Shown here piece by piece: positions 34,611-44,450 of a stretch of 64,000 nt of DNA. Position 1 is the stretch's first letter; the number at the start of each line of letters is the position of its first letter. The notes under the pieces are model-generated. The model was given only the letters and a program-made list of their open reading frames with translations, did no database searches and had not been told where the DNA came from. Source of the stretch: Pseudomonadota bacterium (GTDB taxonomy: Bacteria; Pseudomonadota; Gammaproteobacteria; Xanthomonadales; Wenzhouxiangellaceae); contig DAITQM010000007.1 of the NCBI GenBank assembly GCA_036832975.1, positions 14,465 to 78,464 of the forward strand. The letters run 5' to 3'. The position numbers and the translations under genes were made by a program.

Positions 34611-35389
34611 CGTAAAAATGCCTGTACGGCTGCGACAAATTCCCGCCGGTGACTCAGAAACGGCGCGTGAGCGGCGCCTTCGATCAGGACGAGTTCGCCC
34701 GGCGCAATCCGGTTGGCAGTATCGTGCAGCGCCCGCGGCGCGGTGAGCCGGTCGCGCGACCCGCCGATCACCAGGGTCGGTACGGCCACTTTGGCGAGTT
34801 CAGACCTAAAATCGCCGTCACCGAGGAGCGCCAGCGCCCGTTCGAGCGCCGCCTTGGCCGGCGGCCCATAACGCAATGCGCTTTCCCGCAGCCGGCGCAG
34901 CGTGCCCCGCGCCTCGGCCCCTCCTTGCACTTCGAGCGCTAAAAATCGTGCGAGCGCGGCGACCGGCTCGGCGCTCAACTCATGCGCGAAAGCCTTGAAC
35001 ACGTCCGGATCCATGCCGCCTGGCCAGTCGGGGCGGGCGACGTAGCACGGATTACAGGCGGCCAATACCAGGCGGCGGACCTTCGCCCGCGGCCGGCCGG
35101 CGGCCAGCAGGGCCGGCAGACCGCCGAGCGACCAGCCGAGCCAGTCGGCGCCCGGCGGCAAGTTTTCGCTCAGCGCTTCGACCCAGACGCCCAGATCGTC
35201 CGGCCAGGTCACCTCGCGCGCTCGGCCGTGGCCGGGCAGATCGACGAGATGGAGTGTGTGCGCCGCGCCCAGATCGTCCAGCACTTCGCCGAAGATGCCG
35301 CTGTGCATCCCCCAGCCGTGCAACATCACCAGTGGCGGGCCGCGCCCGACCACTTCGATTGCCGGTGGCATGGCGCACTGCGCGTTCAT
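34607..35389 (-). CDS. bioH: Pimeloyl-ACP methyl ester esterase
   Basis: Alpha/beta hydrolase motifs LVMLHGWG and GWSLGG. Operon context. Confidence 0.75.
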   Translation of the reverse strand: MNAQCAMPPAIEVVGRGPPLVMLHGWGMHSGIFGEVLDDLGAAHTLHLVDLPGHGRAREVTWPDDLGVWVEALSENLPPGADWLGWSLGGLPALLAAGRPRAKVRRLVLAACNPCYVARPDWPGGMDPDVFKAFAHELSAEPVAALARFLALEVQGGAEARGTLRRLRESALRYGPPAKAALERALALLGDGDFRSELAKVAVPTLVIGGSRDRLTAPRALHDTANRIAPGELVLIEGAAHAPFLSHRREFVAAVQAFLR

Positions 35390-36570
35390 CCGCCGGGCGC
35401 CGCCGGGTGGTCGTCGAGTGTTGCGGCCAGCGTCTCAACCAGGCGCTCGATCATCTCCGTTTCATGACCGGCCGACAGCGTGATCCGCAAGCGGGCAGTG
35501 CCCTCCGGGACGGTCGGCGGGCGCATCGCGCCGACCCAAAAGCCGGCCCGTTCCAGCGCTCCGGCGACCGCCATCGTGCGCGCTGCCGAACCCAGAACCA
35601 ACGGCTGGATCGCGCTGCTCGACGCGCCGAGCGGCAGACCTGCGGCGCGCGCCCGGTCGCGGAAATAGGCGATATTACGGTGCAGCGCAACGCGCCTTTC
35701 CGGTTCGGTGCGGATAATGTCAAGCGCGGCGAGTGTCGCCGCAGCCAGAGCCGGTGGTGGCGCGGTGGTATAGATCCAGGTGCGCGCCGTCTGTTCGAGA
35801 TGGTCGATCAGCGGTCGCGGCCCGGCAACGAAGGCCCCGGCCGTCCCGAATGCTTTGCCGAAGGTGCCGATCAATAACGGCACCTCGTCCTGTCCGGCGC
35901 CGGCCGCTTCCAGCACGCCGCGGCCCGTCTCGCCCAGCACGCCGATGCCATGCGCATCGTCGATCGCCAGCAGGGCGCCGTGTTCGCCGGCCAAGGCCGC
36001 CAGCCCGCGAACGGGCGCGGTATCGCCGTCCATCGAAAACACGCCATCGCTGACGATCAACAACAGGCCGCGGCGCGGCGCGCTCGCCAGACGGCGCGCG
36101 GCGTCCAGATCGCCATGCGGATAACGCCGGAAGTCGGCGGCGCCAAGGCGCGCCGCGTCGATCAGCGAGGCGTGGTTCAATTTGTCGCCGAGCACGACGT
36201 CGCCGCGCTGCAACAACCCCTGGGCGAGCGCGAGATTGGCCTGGTAGCCACTGCTGAACAACAGCGCCCGATCGCGGCCGAGCCAGGCGGCGATTTCGTG
36301 TTCGAGGGTTTCGTGTACGGCGAAATTGCCGGTTACCAGCCGCGCCGCGCCGCTCCCGGTGCCGTTTGCGCCAAGCGCCGCGGCCAGCGCCGCGCTGAGC
36401 CGCGGATCGGCGGCCAGGCCGAGATAGTCATTGCTGGCGAAATCGAGCCGCCGGCGGCCGCCGGCGGTCAACCACCGGCCGTTGCGTTCCTCGATCACCC
36501 GCCGCGCGCGCCACAGTCCGGCGGCGCGGCGCGCGCCGGCCAACGCCGCGAGGCGTTCATTCCAGCCCAT
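35386..36570 (-). CDS. bioF: 8-amino-7-oxononanoate synthase
   Basis: PLP aminotransferase class II fold (GTFGKAFG lysine motif). Operon context. Confidence 0.85.
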   Translation of the reverse strand: MGWNERLAALAGARRAAGLWRARRVIEERNGRWLTAGGRRRLDFASNDYLGLAADPRLSAALAAALGANGTGSGAARLVTGNFAVHETLEHEIAAWLGRDRALLFSSGYQANLALAQGLLQRGDVVLGDKLNHASLIDAARLGAADFRRYPHGDLDAARRLASAPRRGLLLIVSDGVFSMDGDTAPVRGLAALAGEHGALLAIDDAHGIGVLGETGRGVLEAAGAGQDEVPLLIGTFGKAFGTAGAFVAGPRPLIDHLEQTARTWIYTTAPPPALAAATLAALDIIRTEPERRVALHRNIAYFRDRARAAGLPLGASSSAIQPLVLGSAARTMAVAGALERAGFWVGAMRPPTVPEGTARLRITLSAGHETEMIERLVETLAATLDDHPAAPGG

Positions 36571-36576
36571 CGCCGC

Positions 36577-37536
36577 TCAGGCGGCCGCCGGACGGATGCC
36601 GAGGCTCTGAAACAATTGCCGGTCGGCGTCGGTCGTGGGATTGTCCGTGGTCAACAGTGTTGCGCCATAGAAAATCGAATTGGCGCCGGCATAAAAACAC
36701 AACGCCTGGCATTCGTCGCTCATCCCGCTGCGGCCCGCCGACAGCCGGACCCGGGAGCGCGGCAACATCAGCCGCGCGACAGCGATGGTCCTGACGAATT
36801 CGATCGCCTTAAGTCGCGGCGTCCCGTCGAGCGGCGTCCCGGGAACCTGGACCAATAGGTTGATCGGCACGCTCTCGGGATGTTGCGGCAACGTCGCCAG
36901 CTCGACGAGCAGCGCGGCGCGGTCGGCCCGCTCTTCACCCATGCCGACGATGCCGCCGCAGCAGACTTTCAGCCCGGCGTCGCGGACGTGGGCGAGCGTA
37001 TCGAGGCGGTCTTGATAAGTCCGGGTCGTGACGATCTCGGAATAATATTCCGGCGAGGTGTCCAGGTTATGGTTGTAATAATCGAGTCCGGCGGCTTTCA
37101 GGCGCGCGGCCTGCGCAGCGCTCAACATGCCGAGCGTAACGCAGGTTTCGAGCCCCTCCGCGCGCACAGCGGCGATCTGATCGATGACCTTGTCCAAATC
37201 GCGGTCGCTCGGCCGGCGCCACGCCGCGCCCATGCAGAAGCGGGTCGCGCCGGCCTGGCGTGCGGCGCGCGCCGCGCCGCGGACCTCATCGACCGGCAGC
37301 AGTTTTTCGCGGCCCAACCCGGTATCGTAATGGACGCTTTGCGGGCAGTATTTGCAATCCTCGGGGCAGGCGCCGGTCTTGATGCTGAGCAGCGTGCTGA
37401 TCTGCACCTCGTTGGGGTCGAACACCGCGCGATGGACCTCATGCGCGGCGTGGAGCAGATCGCCGAAAGGCCGGCCGAACAACGCCTCGGCTTCGGCGCG
37501 GGTCCAGTCATGGCGGGGTGTGGCGGCGATCGACAT
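36577..37536 (-). CDS. bioB: Biotin synthase
   Basis: Radical-SAM motif [11 protein letters not shown]. Start at [11 protein letters not shown]; the track ORF carries an N-terminal shadow extension. Confidence 0.9.
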   Translation of the reverse strand: MSIAATPRHDWTRAEAEALFGRPFGDLLHAAHEVHRAVFDPNEVQISTLLSIKTGACPEDCKYCPQSVHYDTGLGREKLLPVDEVRGAARAARQAGATRFCMGAAWRRPSDRDLDKVIDQIAAVRAEGLETCVTLGMLSAAQAARLKAAGLDYYNHNLDTSPEYYSEIVTTRTYQDRLDTLAHVRDAGLKVCCGGIVGMGEERADRAALLVELATLPQHPESVPINLLVQVPGTPLDGTPRLKAIEFVRTIAVARLMLPRSRVRLSAGRSGMSDECQALCFYAGANSIFYGATLLTTDNPTTDADRQLFQSLGIRPAAA

Positions 37537-37604
37537 CGAGGGCAACCGTAATGAAAAGAGCAGGCGACGGATGTGGTGTGCAGTATCGGGGCCGGCGTTG
37601 CTGC

Positions 37605-37636
37605 TGTCAACCTGGCCGGTCATTACGAGGTTGACG
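37605..37636. promoter_or_regulatory. BirA-type operator candidate TGTCAACC-N16-GGTTGACG
   Basis: Inverted repeat in the bioB-comF divergent intergenic region, 69 nt upstream of the bioB ATG. It resembles the TGTWAACC-N14-16-GGTTWACA consensus. Confidence 0.5.
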
Positions 37637-37644
37637 AAAGTTTC

Positions 37645-38328
37645 ATGCGCGCCATTCTCGACTGGCTGCTGCCCAGAACCTGCCTGCTGTGTGGCGCCGC
37701 CGGCGACGACGACCTCGACCTGTGCGCCGCCTGCCGGTGCGATCTGCCCTGGCTTACGGCCGCCTGCCCCAGGTGCGCCGAACCGCTGCCGGTCGCCGCG
37801 CTGTGCGGCCCGTGCCAATTGCACCCGCCGCCGTTTCGCGCCGCCACGATGCCGTTGCGTTACGAAGCCGAGGTCGAACGACTGGTGCAGAGCTTCAAGT
37901 TCCACCGCCAACTCGCCGCCGGCCGAACGCTGGCGCTATTGCTCGCCGCCCACCTCGAACGTACCGCCGTCCCGTTGCCTGAAGCGCTGCTCCCGGTGCC
38001 CCTCAACCGCCGGCGGCTATACCGCCGCGGTTATAACCAGGCGGCCCTCATCGCCCGTATTCTCAGCCGCCGGTTCCGCCTGCCGGTCGTGACCGGCGGA
38101 CTGCACCGGACCCGCGCGACCACCCCGCAAAGCGAACTGGCTAAAAGCGCCCGCCGGCAAAACGTCAAAGGCGCCTTCGCCTGCCGCTCCGGCACCCACC
38201 TGCCGCGCCACGTCGCCTTGATCGACGACGTCGTCACTACCGGCGCCACCGTCGCCGAATGCGCCCGCGTACTCAAACGCGCCGGCGTCAAGCACATCCA
38301 AGTCTGGGCCCTGGCTCGCACACCGTAG
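37645..38328 (+). CDS. comF: ComF-family protein (phosphoribosyltransferase domain)
   Basis: N-terminal Cys pairs (CLLCG, CAACR, CPRCA, CGPC). C-terminal PRT motif [13 protein letters not shown]. Confidence 0.8.
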   Translation: MRAILDWLLPRTCLLCGAAGDDDLDLCAACRCDLPWLTAACPRCAEPLPVAALCGPCQLHPPPFRAATMPLRYEAEVERLVQSFKFHRQLAAGRTLALLLAAHLERTAVPLPEALLPVPLNRRRLYRRGYNQAALIARILSRRFRLPVVTGGLHRTRATTPQSELAKSARRQNVKGAFACRSGTHLPRHVALIDDVVTTGATVAECARVLKRAGVKHIQVWALARTP

Positions 38329-38519
38329 CCATCACAGGCAACCACCCAATCGACCGCCACCATTTAGCACCGAGCGCAAAAACAGAGTGGGACTGATACC
38401 GGACCGCTCCTTACCCTACCAGCGGTGGTTGCCATCTCGCGTCGTGAACCCAGACAATGAGGTGCCACCCAGCGGGGGCGGCGGTAGAGGTCGCGCCTGT
38501 GATCTGGCATAATCGGCCT

Positions 38520-38757
38520 ATGAGTCCGACCATATTCCGCGAGAAAGGTTATCGGTTTTTCTTCTTCTCGCGCGAAGAATCGCGGATGCACGTCCATGTG
38601 TACTGCGGGAAAGGCGAGGCCAAGTTTTGGCTTGTACCGCACATAGAACGCAAACAACTATCGCCTGTCGCGAGGGCAGTTGAACGAAATCGAGGCGATC
38701 ATCGAGGTGCACTATGATGAACTCAAGCGCGCTTGGCAAAAGCACTTCCCAGGTTGA
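38520..38757 (+). pseudogene. DUF4160-family protein, frameshifted near 38650
   Basis: MSPTIFREKGYRFFFFSREESRMHVHVYCGKGEAKFWL is then out of frame. The conserved tail ANNYRLSRGQLNEIEAIIEVHYDELKRAWQKHFPG continues in another frame to TGA at 38755-38757. Confidence 0.6.
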
Positions 38758-38977
38758 AGTCACTCATATTTCGAATCACGGGGTTTGGTTGCTGGCGGGT
38801 GGTCATGAGCTGTTCATGTCTTATGAGCAGTTTCCGTGGTTCAAGGACGCAGTGATTGCCAAGATCCTTAATGTTGAGGAATCCACTCCCGGCCATTTCT
38901 ACTGGCCGGATCTTGACGTTGATCTTACAGAGGAGATCATTTCGCATCCTGAACGATATCCGCTCACAGCACAGTAA
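38714..38977 (+). CDS. DUF2442-family protein
   Basis: VEVTHISNHGVWLL...SYEQFPWFKDA...GHFYWPDLDVDL pattern typical of DUF2442, the usual partner of DUF4160. Start uncertain. Confidence 0.6.
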   Translation: MMNSSALGKSTSQVEVTHISNHGVWLLAGGHELFMSYEQFPWFKDAVIAKILNVEESTPGHFYWPDLDVDLTEEIISHPERYPLTAQ

Positions 38978-39085
38978 GTTCCTGGTTGAAAATGGTCGCC
39001 CCTATGACGGCAAGCATTCGCTGCTTCAGATCGGCCCCGCCACGTGCTTTTGACAAATCGCCCAGGCGGGGCCGGTGAGTTGCTT

Positions 39086-41122
39086 TTATTGCCGCTGGGC
39101 GGTGTTCAGCAGGTGGTCGGCGATGCGGGTCAGGCGTTCGCCGAGGGCGGTGAGATCGAGTCCGGGGAACAACGCTGTCAGAGGGGCGAGCGCTGCGGCC
39201 GGAGCGGTTTGCCACACCGTGTGTGGCAGATCGATGAACTGCAATGGGATCTGCTGGCGTGCCTGTTGTAAAAAAGCCTGTTCTTCATGCCAGAGGTCGG
39301 GCAGGCGTTCGAGGTCGGTAAAACCGGCGAGTTGCCATTCGATTTTGAGGGCTTCGAGGTCACGATCGACGACGATGACCCGCGCTCCGGGAAACAGCCG
39401 GTAGATTGTCGGCAGGGCGCGGGCCGTGAACCACAGGCCGTCGGCCATGGGGCGGTCGAGTTCCGCGGGCGCCAAGCGGCGACGCGCAGCGCGCCAGTAA
39501 CGCTGCCTGGCCAGCCGGATGGCGCTCTCGTCGAGTGCGGTCAGGGTGGCGGCGCCGCGTGGCCAGCACAACGCTTCGCGCCGCTCGTTCTGGTCGCCGA
39601 TCGCGTCGTGGATCACACTGCACGCGGGATCCTGGGCGAGGGCGAAGAGCAACGCCCCTCGGCCGCTTCCCGGCCAGCCGTGGACGAGGATCGGATCGGC
39701 GAGGTCGTCGCCCGGCCCGCTCGGCGGCCAAGACCACAGCACGTCCTGGTCGAGTGCGGTTGCCGGCTCCTCGGCCGATTCGGGGTGCTGTTCGGCGATG
39801 ACCGATGCCAGGCTCATCGGCGAGTCGCCGGCGGTGTGGTCGGCCAGCAGGGCGGCTGCCGCCTCGTGCCGGCCGGCGCGGGTTAACGCCTGCCATTGGT
39901 ACCGCCGCCAGGCCCGTCGGTATGCCGGAGGCAGCGTTTTGTGTTCCGATTCGAGCCGTGCCGCGGCCTCGGCCGGGTCGTTTTCGGCCAGCGCCAGCCG
40001 GGCGCGGAATAAATCGCCGAGGGCCGGCGGATTGCCGGCGGTCTCGAATGCCGCCAGGGCTTCCCGGGCGTCCGCGATCTCGCCGCAGCGCAGGTGGGCG
40101 TCGATCTTCAGCGCTGCGATCTCGCTGTCGGGGATGCCCGCCGGCCAATGGGCCATGGCCGCCAGCGCCTCGGTGGGACGTTGTTGATCGAGTAACACGG
40201 CCGCTTTGATACGCATCGCCTCGGGTAATTCGCCAAGCGGCGCCAGCCAGGCGAGCGCTTCGGCATAACGGCCGAGACGGCGCGCCGCGGTCGCCGCCTG
40301 CAGGGCATGCTCAGGGATTCCGGGTTGCCGCTGGCGCAGTCGGGACAACGCCACCAGTGCCGCTTCGTTGTCGCCCAACTCGAGGTTGGCGGTGGCGATG
40401 CCAGCGAGCGCTTCGAGCGTTTCGGGGCCGAGTTCCAGGCTCTTGCTGAAGGCGACAAGCGCTTCACTGTATTCCCCCATGCCGTTCAACGCCTGGCCGA
40501 GCCAGAGCCATAACGGGTACTGATCGGGATACGGCCGCAGGGCGTTGCGCAGGCATTGCACGGCAAAAGCGTGGCGGCCCATGGCGAGAAAGGCTCGGCC
40601 GAGATGGGATTGAATGTAGGGGTCGTCGGGTTTGCGGCTCACTGCCTCTTGCAGGTAGCGGGCCGCCTCATCGAGCCGGCCGGAATCGAGCAGGGCAACG
40701 CCGAGGTGGGCGTAGGCTTCGTTCAGCTCGGGATCGGCCCGCAGCGCGGTGTGCAGTGCGTCGATCGCCTCGTCATAGCGCCCCAGGCTCAAGAGCACGT
40801 ACCCGGCGCCCATATGTGCCGCGGCGTGATTGGGGTTGCTCTCGGCCGCCCGGCGGTAACTGTCGAGGGCGGCGGTCGGCTGGCCGAGGCGCATTTCGAG
40901 GCCGCCCAAAGCGTAGTGATAAGGCGCGATCGCCGGCGCCAGGCGGGCGCAAGCCGCCAGCCGCTCGCGGGCCGCGGCGAACTGCCCGGTTCGTTGTTCG
41001 CACAACGCCAGCATGTACAGCACCTGGTGATTGTCCGGCTCGTCGTCGAGCATTTGCCGGTACAGTGCGTGGGCTTTGTCGTATTCGCCTTTTTCGTAGT
41101 GTTCGAGTGCTTGTTCGATCAT
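39086..41122 (-). CDS. TPR-repeat protein with C-terminal sulfotransferase-like domain
   Basis: Many TPR units (AHALYRQML, AIDALHTALRADP ...). C-terminal LVHGWPGSGRGALL (degenerate PAPS 5'-PSB loop) and VIVVDRDLEA (3'-PB-like). Start at MIEQALEHYEKG. Confidence 0.6.
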   Translation of the reverse strand: MIEQALEHYEKGEYDKAHALYRQMLDDEPDNHQVLYMLALCEQRTGQFAAARERLAACARLAPAIAPYHYALGGLEMRLGQPTAALDSYRRAAESNPNHAAAHMGAGYVLLSLGRYDEAIDALHTALRADPELNEAYAHLGVALLDSGRLDEAARYLQEAVSRKPDDPYIQSHLGRAFLAMGRHAFAVQCLRNALRPYPDQYPLWLWLGQALNGMGEYSEALVAFSKSLELGPETLEALAGIATANLELGDNEAALVALSRLRQRQPGIPEHALQAATAARRLGRYAEALAWLAPLGELPEAMRIKAAVLLDQQRPTEALAAMAHWPAGIPDSEIAALKIDAHLRCGEIADAREALAAFETAGNPPALGDLFRARLALAENDPAEAAARLESEHKTLPPAYRRAWRRYQWQALTRAGRHEAAAALLADHTAGDSPMSLASVIAEQHPESAEEPATALDQDVLWSWPPSGPGDDLADPILVHGWPGSGRGALLFALAQDPACSVIHDAIGDQNERREALCWPRGAATLTALDESAIRLARQRYWRAARRRLAPAELDRPMADGLWFTARALPTIYRLFPGARVIVVDRDLEALKIEWQLAGFTDLERLPDLWHEEQAFLQQARQQIPLQFIDLPHTVWQTAPAAALAPLTALFPGLDLTALGERLTRIADHLLNTAQRQ

Positions 41123-42114
41123 CGGGTAGCAACGGTTCGTTGTGAAGGGCGGCCGGCGGTGTGGACGAGTAAGCCGTCGATCCAGCTGGCAAGCCGCCAG
41201 TCGGCCAGAAAGCCGCAATGCCCGCCGTGGGCTTCGAGACGAAGCTGCATCGCCGGGGGGCGGGGTAAGGCGGCGAAATCGGCGGCCGGCACGACCGGGT
41301 CGTCGGCGGCGGCGACGATCGTTGTCGGCACGCGCAATGCGGCCAGGCGGTCACCGCCGAGGGCGTAGCCGTCGAGATACTCCTCCAGTGTCGAAAAATC
41401 GGTGTGTTGTTCGATCAGGTACCGCGTCTGGGCGCGCAATCCGCGCATTGTAAACCACTCGCTGAAATCGTAATCGGCCGGAAACAACGCCTGCTTGCGG
41501 CCGAGCGAGTGACGCCATTTGCGCTCGAAGTAGCGTTGGTAGAGCGGCAGGCCGCGTTCCAGAGCATCGAGCACACCGGCCGGCCGGATCACCGGGCAAA
41601 CGGCGATCACCCGGGCCAGGTCGATGCCGCGACCGGGGGCGGCGAGGGCGACGCGCAAGGCGAAATTACCGCCCAGCGAAAAACCGGCGAGCGTCACCGG
41701 CCCCGCCGCTGCTTGGCTGAGCAGAGCGACTGCTTCGACGACTTCTTCGAGGCGGCAGGAATGAAACAACTCCCGGTTTAAGTGATGGCTGTCGCCATGA
41801 TCGCGGAAGTTGAGCCGGAACACCTCGAAGCCCGCCTGCCACAACGCATTCGCCGCCGACAGCAGATAATTCGACGCGGCGCTGCCTTCCCAGCCATGGA
41901 GCAGAATCGTCAGGCCCCGAGGTACGGTGCGCGCCGGCGTCCGCCAGCCGGCCAGGCGCACACCTTGCGGCGTAGTGACGATTTCGCCTTGCGATGCGGC
42001 GAGCAATTCGCGGGCCCGGCGGCGGACAACAAGCCGGCGCACCGCGCTGCTGCTCAAGATGGATTGCACGTGGCGGTTGGCCAGTCCGCGGGCGGGTCGG
42101 AACGGCGCGATCAT
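41119..42114 (-). CDS. Alpha/beta-fold hydrolase (YheT-like)
   Basis: LLHGWEGSAASNY and GFSLGGN nucleophile elbow. 4-nt overlaps with both neighbours. Confidence 0.7.
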   Translation of the reverse strand: MIAPFRPARGLANRHVQSILSSSAVRRLVVRRRARELLAASQGEIVTTPQGVRLAGWRTPARTVPRGLTILLHGWEGSAASNYLLSAANALWQAGFEVFRLNFRDHGDSHHLNRELFHSCRLEEVVEAVALLSQAAAGPVTLAGFSLGGNFALRVALAAPGRGIDLARVIAVCPVIRPAGVLDALERGLPLYQRYFERKWRHSLGRKQALFPADYDFSEWFTMRGLRAQTRYLIEQHTDFSTLEEYLDGYALGGDRLAALRVPTTIVAAADDPVVPAADFAALPRPPAMQLRLEAHGGHCGFLADWRLASWIDGLLVHTAGRPSQRTVATR

Positions 42115-42944
42115 CCGGGATCGACCGGCGCCGACCACGCCGCCTTGACTGCTGCCTCAGCCGCCCGGGCCAGGGCACGGCGGTCGTCGCCGCCCGCCGG
42201 CAGGGCGGGCAGAATGTGGACCTCGACGCGTAGTCCGGCGCCGCCCAAAAGACGCCAGCCGTTGCCGAGCACATGTTCCCCCGGACGAAAACGCGCCTCT
42301 TCGCTGACCTGACCGCCGCGGGTGAAACGAATCGCGGCGGGTACGGCTGGGCACAAGCCGCTTGCCGCCGGCGCGAACAACCGGCTGTGAAAACGATGAA
42401 CGCCGGGCGCGTGCGGCGCGCCGCCTTCGGGGAAAATCGCCAGGCGCTCGCCGTGCGCGATCATTGTCCGCATCTTTGCCAGTACCGCGACGGTCGATTG
42501 GCTCTGGCCGCGTTCGAGATACAGGGCCCGCGCCCGAGTCACGATCCAGCCGGCCAGCGGCCAACCCCGGATTTCAGCTTTGGCGACGAAGCGCATCAGG
42601 CCGGCGGCGAGCAGCACGAAAATGTCGAGCCAGCTTTGGTGGTTGGCGGCGAGCAGCACGCCCGGTGGCATCTCGCCGCTGATCGTCAGCCGGATGCCGA
42701 AAACACGGAGCAGCGTCCGGCACCACCAGCGTGACAGATGATCCTCGACGGTCCGCCCGTAGAGGCGCCGGTCGCGTAGACCGGGCGTTTGCGCCATTAC
42801 CGCGAGCGGCAGGCCGAGCAGCAGATGCAAGCAGAGCCACGGCAGACGCCAGAGGCGGCGCAACGCCCGGTGCCAGGAAGGTGCCCGGGCGGTGCGCGGG
42901 AGCGTCCGATCGGTGTCGGACGGGGTGCGCTCGGCGGTGTTCAT
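42111..42944 (-). CDS. Lysophospholipid (PlsC-family) acyltransferase
   Basis: HX4D-type motif ANHQSWLDIF and FPEGG motif. Start at MNTAERT. Confidence 0.7.
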   Translation of the reverse strand: MNTAERTPSDTDRTLPRTARAPSWHRALRRLWRLPWLCLHLLLGLPLAVMAQTPGLRDRRLYGRTVEDHLSRWWCRTLLRVFGIRLTISGEMPPGVLLAANHQSWLDIFVLLAAGLMRFVAKAEIRGWPLAGWIVTRARALYLERGQSQSTVAVLAKMRTMIAHGERLAIFPEGGAPHAPGVHRFHSRLFAPAASGLCPAVPAAIRFTRGGQVSEEARFRPGEHVLGNGWRLLGGAGLRVEVHILPALPAGGDDRRALARAAEAAVKAAWSAPVDPG

Positions 42945-43291
42945 GCCCCGTCGCCCAGCGGCGCCGCGGCGCCGCAACGCCAGCAAGCGGCAAAAGTCGA
43001 CGGGACTTTCGCCTGACATTGGGTGCAGCGCCATTCGTGGTCCGGCGCGTCGTCCGTCGTCGCCTGTTGGTATTGCGCCACCAGCGCCGCGGCGCGCGCC
43101 GCCGCGGGGTCGGGGACCCAAACCGCCGGTGCGGCGCCTTCGCTGAAGAAGATCTCGACGGCCACACTCCACAACTCGGAGCCGCTGACCTGGGCCTCGA
43201 TGCCCGCCGCGCGCAAGGCGCCGGCAACCGCGGCGGCGGCGAAAGGGTGATCCGCGACGTACACTCGTTGCCAGCCGGCTATTTCAGACAT
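42941..43291 (-). CDS. DUF2007-like small protein with C-terminal zinc-ribbon
   Basis: N-terminal alpha/beta region and C-terminal CTQC...CWRCG. Confidence 0.5.
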   Translation of the reverse strand: MSEIAGWQRVYVADHPFAAAAVAGALRAAGIEAQVSGSELWSVAVEIFFSEGAAPAVWVPDPAAARAAALVAQYQQATTDDAPDHEWRCTQCQAKVPSTFAACWRCGAAAPLGDGA

Positions 43292-43346
43292 TGTTCATCC
43301 GCGGTTACCCTGATTCGGCTGCGGCTTTCCGGTACGATGCACGCCT

Positions 43347-44450
43347 GTGAACGCCTCCGCGACTGTCAAACTGGCCGGCAGCGGCAAAACTTTCACCGCC
43401 CGTGCCGGCGAGACCATCCTGGCCGCGGCGTTGCGCCAAGGCATCGTCTTGCCGTACTCGTGCCGCAACGGGACGTGCGCCAGTTGCCACGCGACACTGG
43501 TGCACGGGGTTGTCGAGTACCCCTACCAGCCGCCGGCGGCGCTCGATGCCGGCGAGATCGGCCGCGGCCAGGTCCTGCTGTGCCAGGCGGTGGCCAGCGG
43601 CGACGTCGTGATCGAAGCGCGTGAAATCGAAGCGGTTCGTGATATTCCGATCCGTATCCTGCCGGCCCGGGTCAGTGAGAAACATCTTTTGTCGCCGAGC
43701 GTGGTGCAATTGAGGCTCACCTTGCCTAAAGGCATGCGCATGCAGTTTCTGGCCGGCCAGTATATTGACATACTGACTGGCGATGGACTGGCCGGCAAAG
43801 GGCGCCGCCGGGCTTTTTCTCTCGCCTCGCCGCCGCACCAGGAAGCCTTTCTGGAGCTGCACATCCGCTACGTCGACGGCGGCGATTTTACCGAATACGT
43901 TTTTCACCGGCTCGCCGAGCGCGACATCCTGCGCTTTCAGGGCCCGCTCGGGACGTTCTTCATCCGCGACGACAGCCGGCGGCCGATCCTGATGCTCGGC
44001 GGCGGGACCGGCTTCGCGCCGCTGAAAGCGATGGTCGAACATCTGCTGCACTGCGGCTCCACCCGCCCGATCCACCTTTATTGGGGGGCGCGCAACCGGG
44101 CGGAGCTGTATCTCGATGCGCTGCCCCGGCGCTGGGCGGCGGAAAACGCATTTTTTAAGTACACCCCGGTGCTCTCGGATCCGGAACCGGATGAACGCTG
44201 GACGGGGCGGAGCGGTTGGGTCCACGAGGCACTCTTAGCCGATTACCCCGACCCGGCCGGCTACGATATTTACATGAGTGGTCCGCCGGCGATGATCGAT
44301 GTCGCGCGCCATCGTTTTCAAACCGCCGGCCACCCGGAGGACCGCTTGTTCTACGACTCGTTCGATTTTTCGGCCGACACACCGGCCGGTGGCGGGAAAG
44401 CGGCGGCCGGCGGCACCGCCGGCTCGAACGGCGGTTCGCCGCGGAGCTGA
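43347..44450 (+). CDS. 2Fe-2S ferredoxin / FNR-like NAD(P)H oxidoreductase (CDP-6-deoxy-delta-3,4-glucoseen reductase-like)
   Basis: Plant-type ferredoxin Cys pattern (SCRNGTCASC...C), then RAFSLAS and GGGTGFAP motifs. Confidence 0.75.
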   Translation: MNASATVKLAGSGKTFTARAGETILAAALRQGIVLPYSCRNGTCASCHATLVHGVVEYPYQPPAALDAGEIGRGQVLLCQAVASGDVVIEAREIEAVRDIPIRILPARVSEKHLLSPSVVQLRLTLPKGMRMQFLAGQYIDILTGDGLAGKGRRRAFSLASPPHQEAFLELHIRYVDGGDFTEYVFHRLAERDILRFQGPLGTFFIRDDSRRPILMLGGGTGFAPLKAMVEHLLHCGSTRPIHLYWGARNRAELYLDALPRRWAAENAFFKYTPVLSDPEPDERWTGRSGWVHEALLADYPDPAGYDIYMSGPPAMIDVARHRFQTAGHPEDRLFYDSFDFSADTPAGGGKAAAGGTAGSNGGSPRS

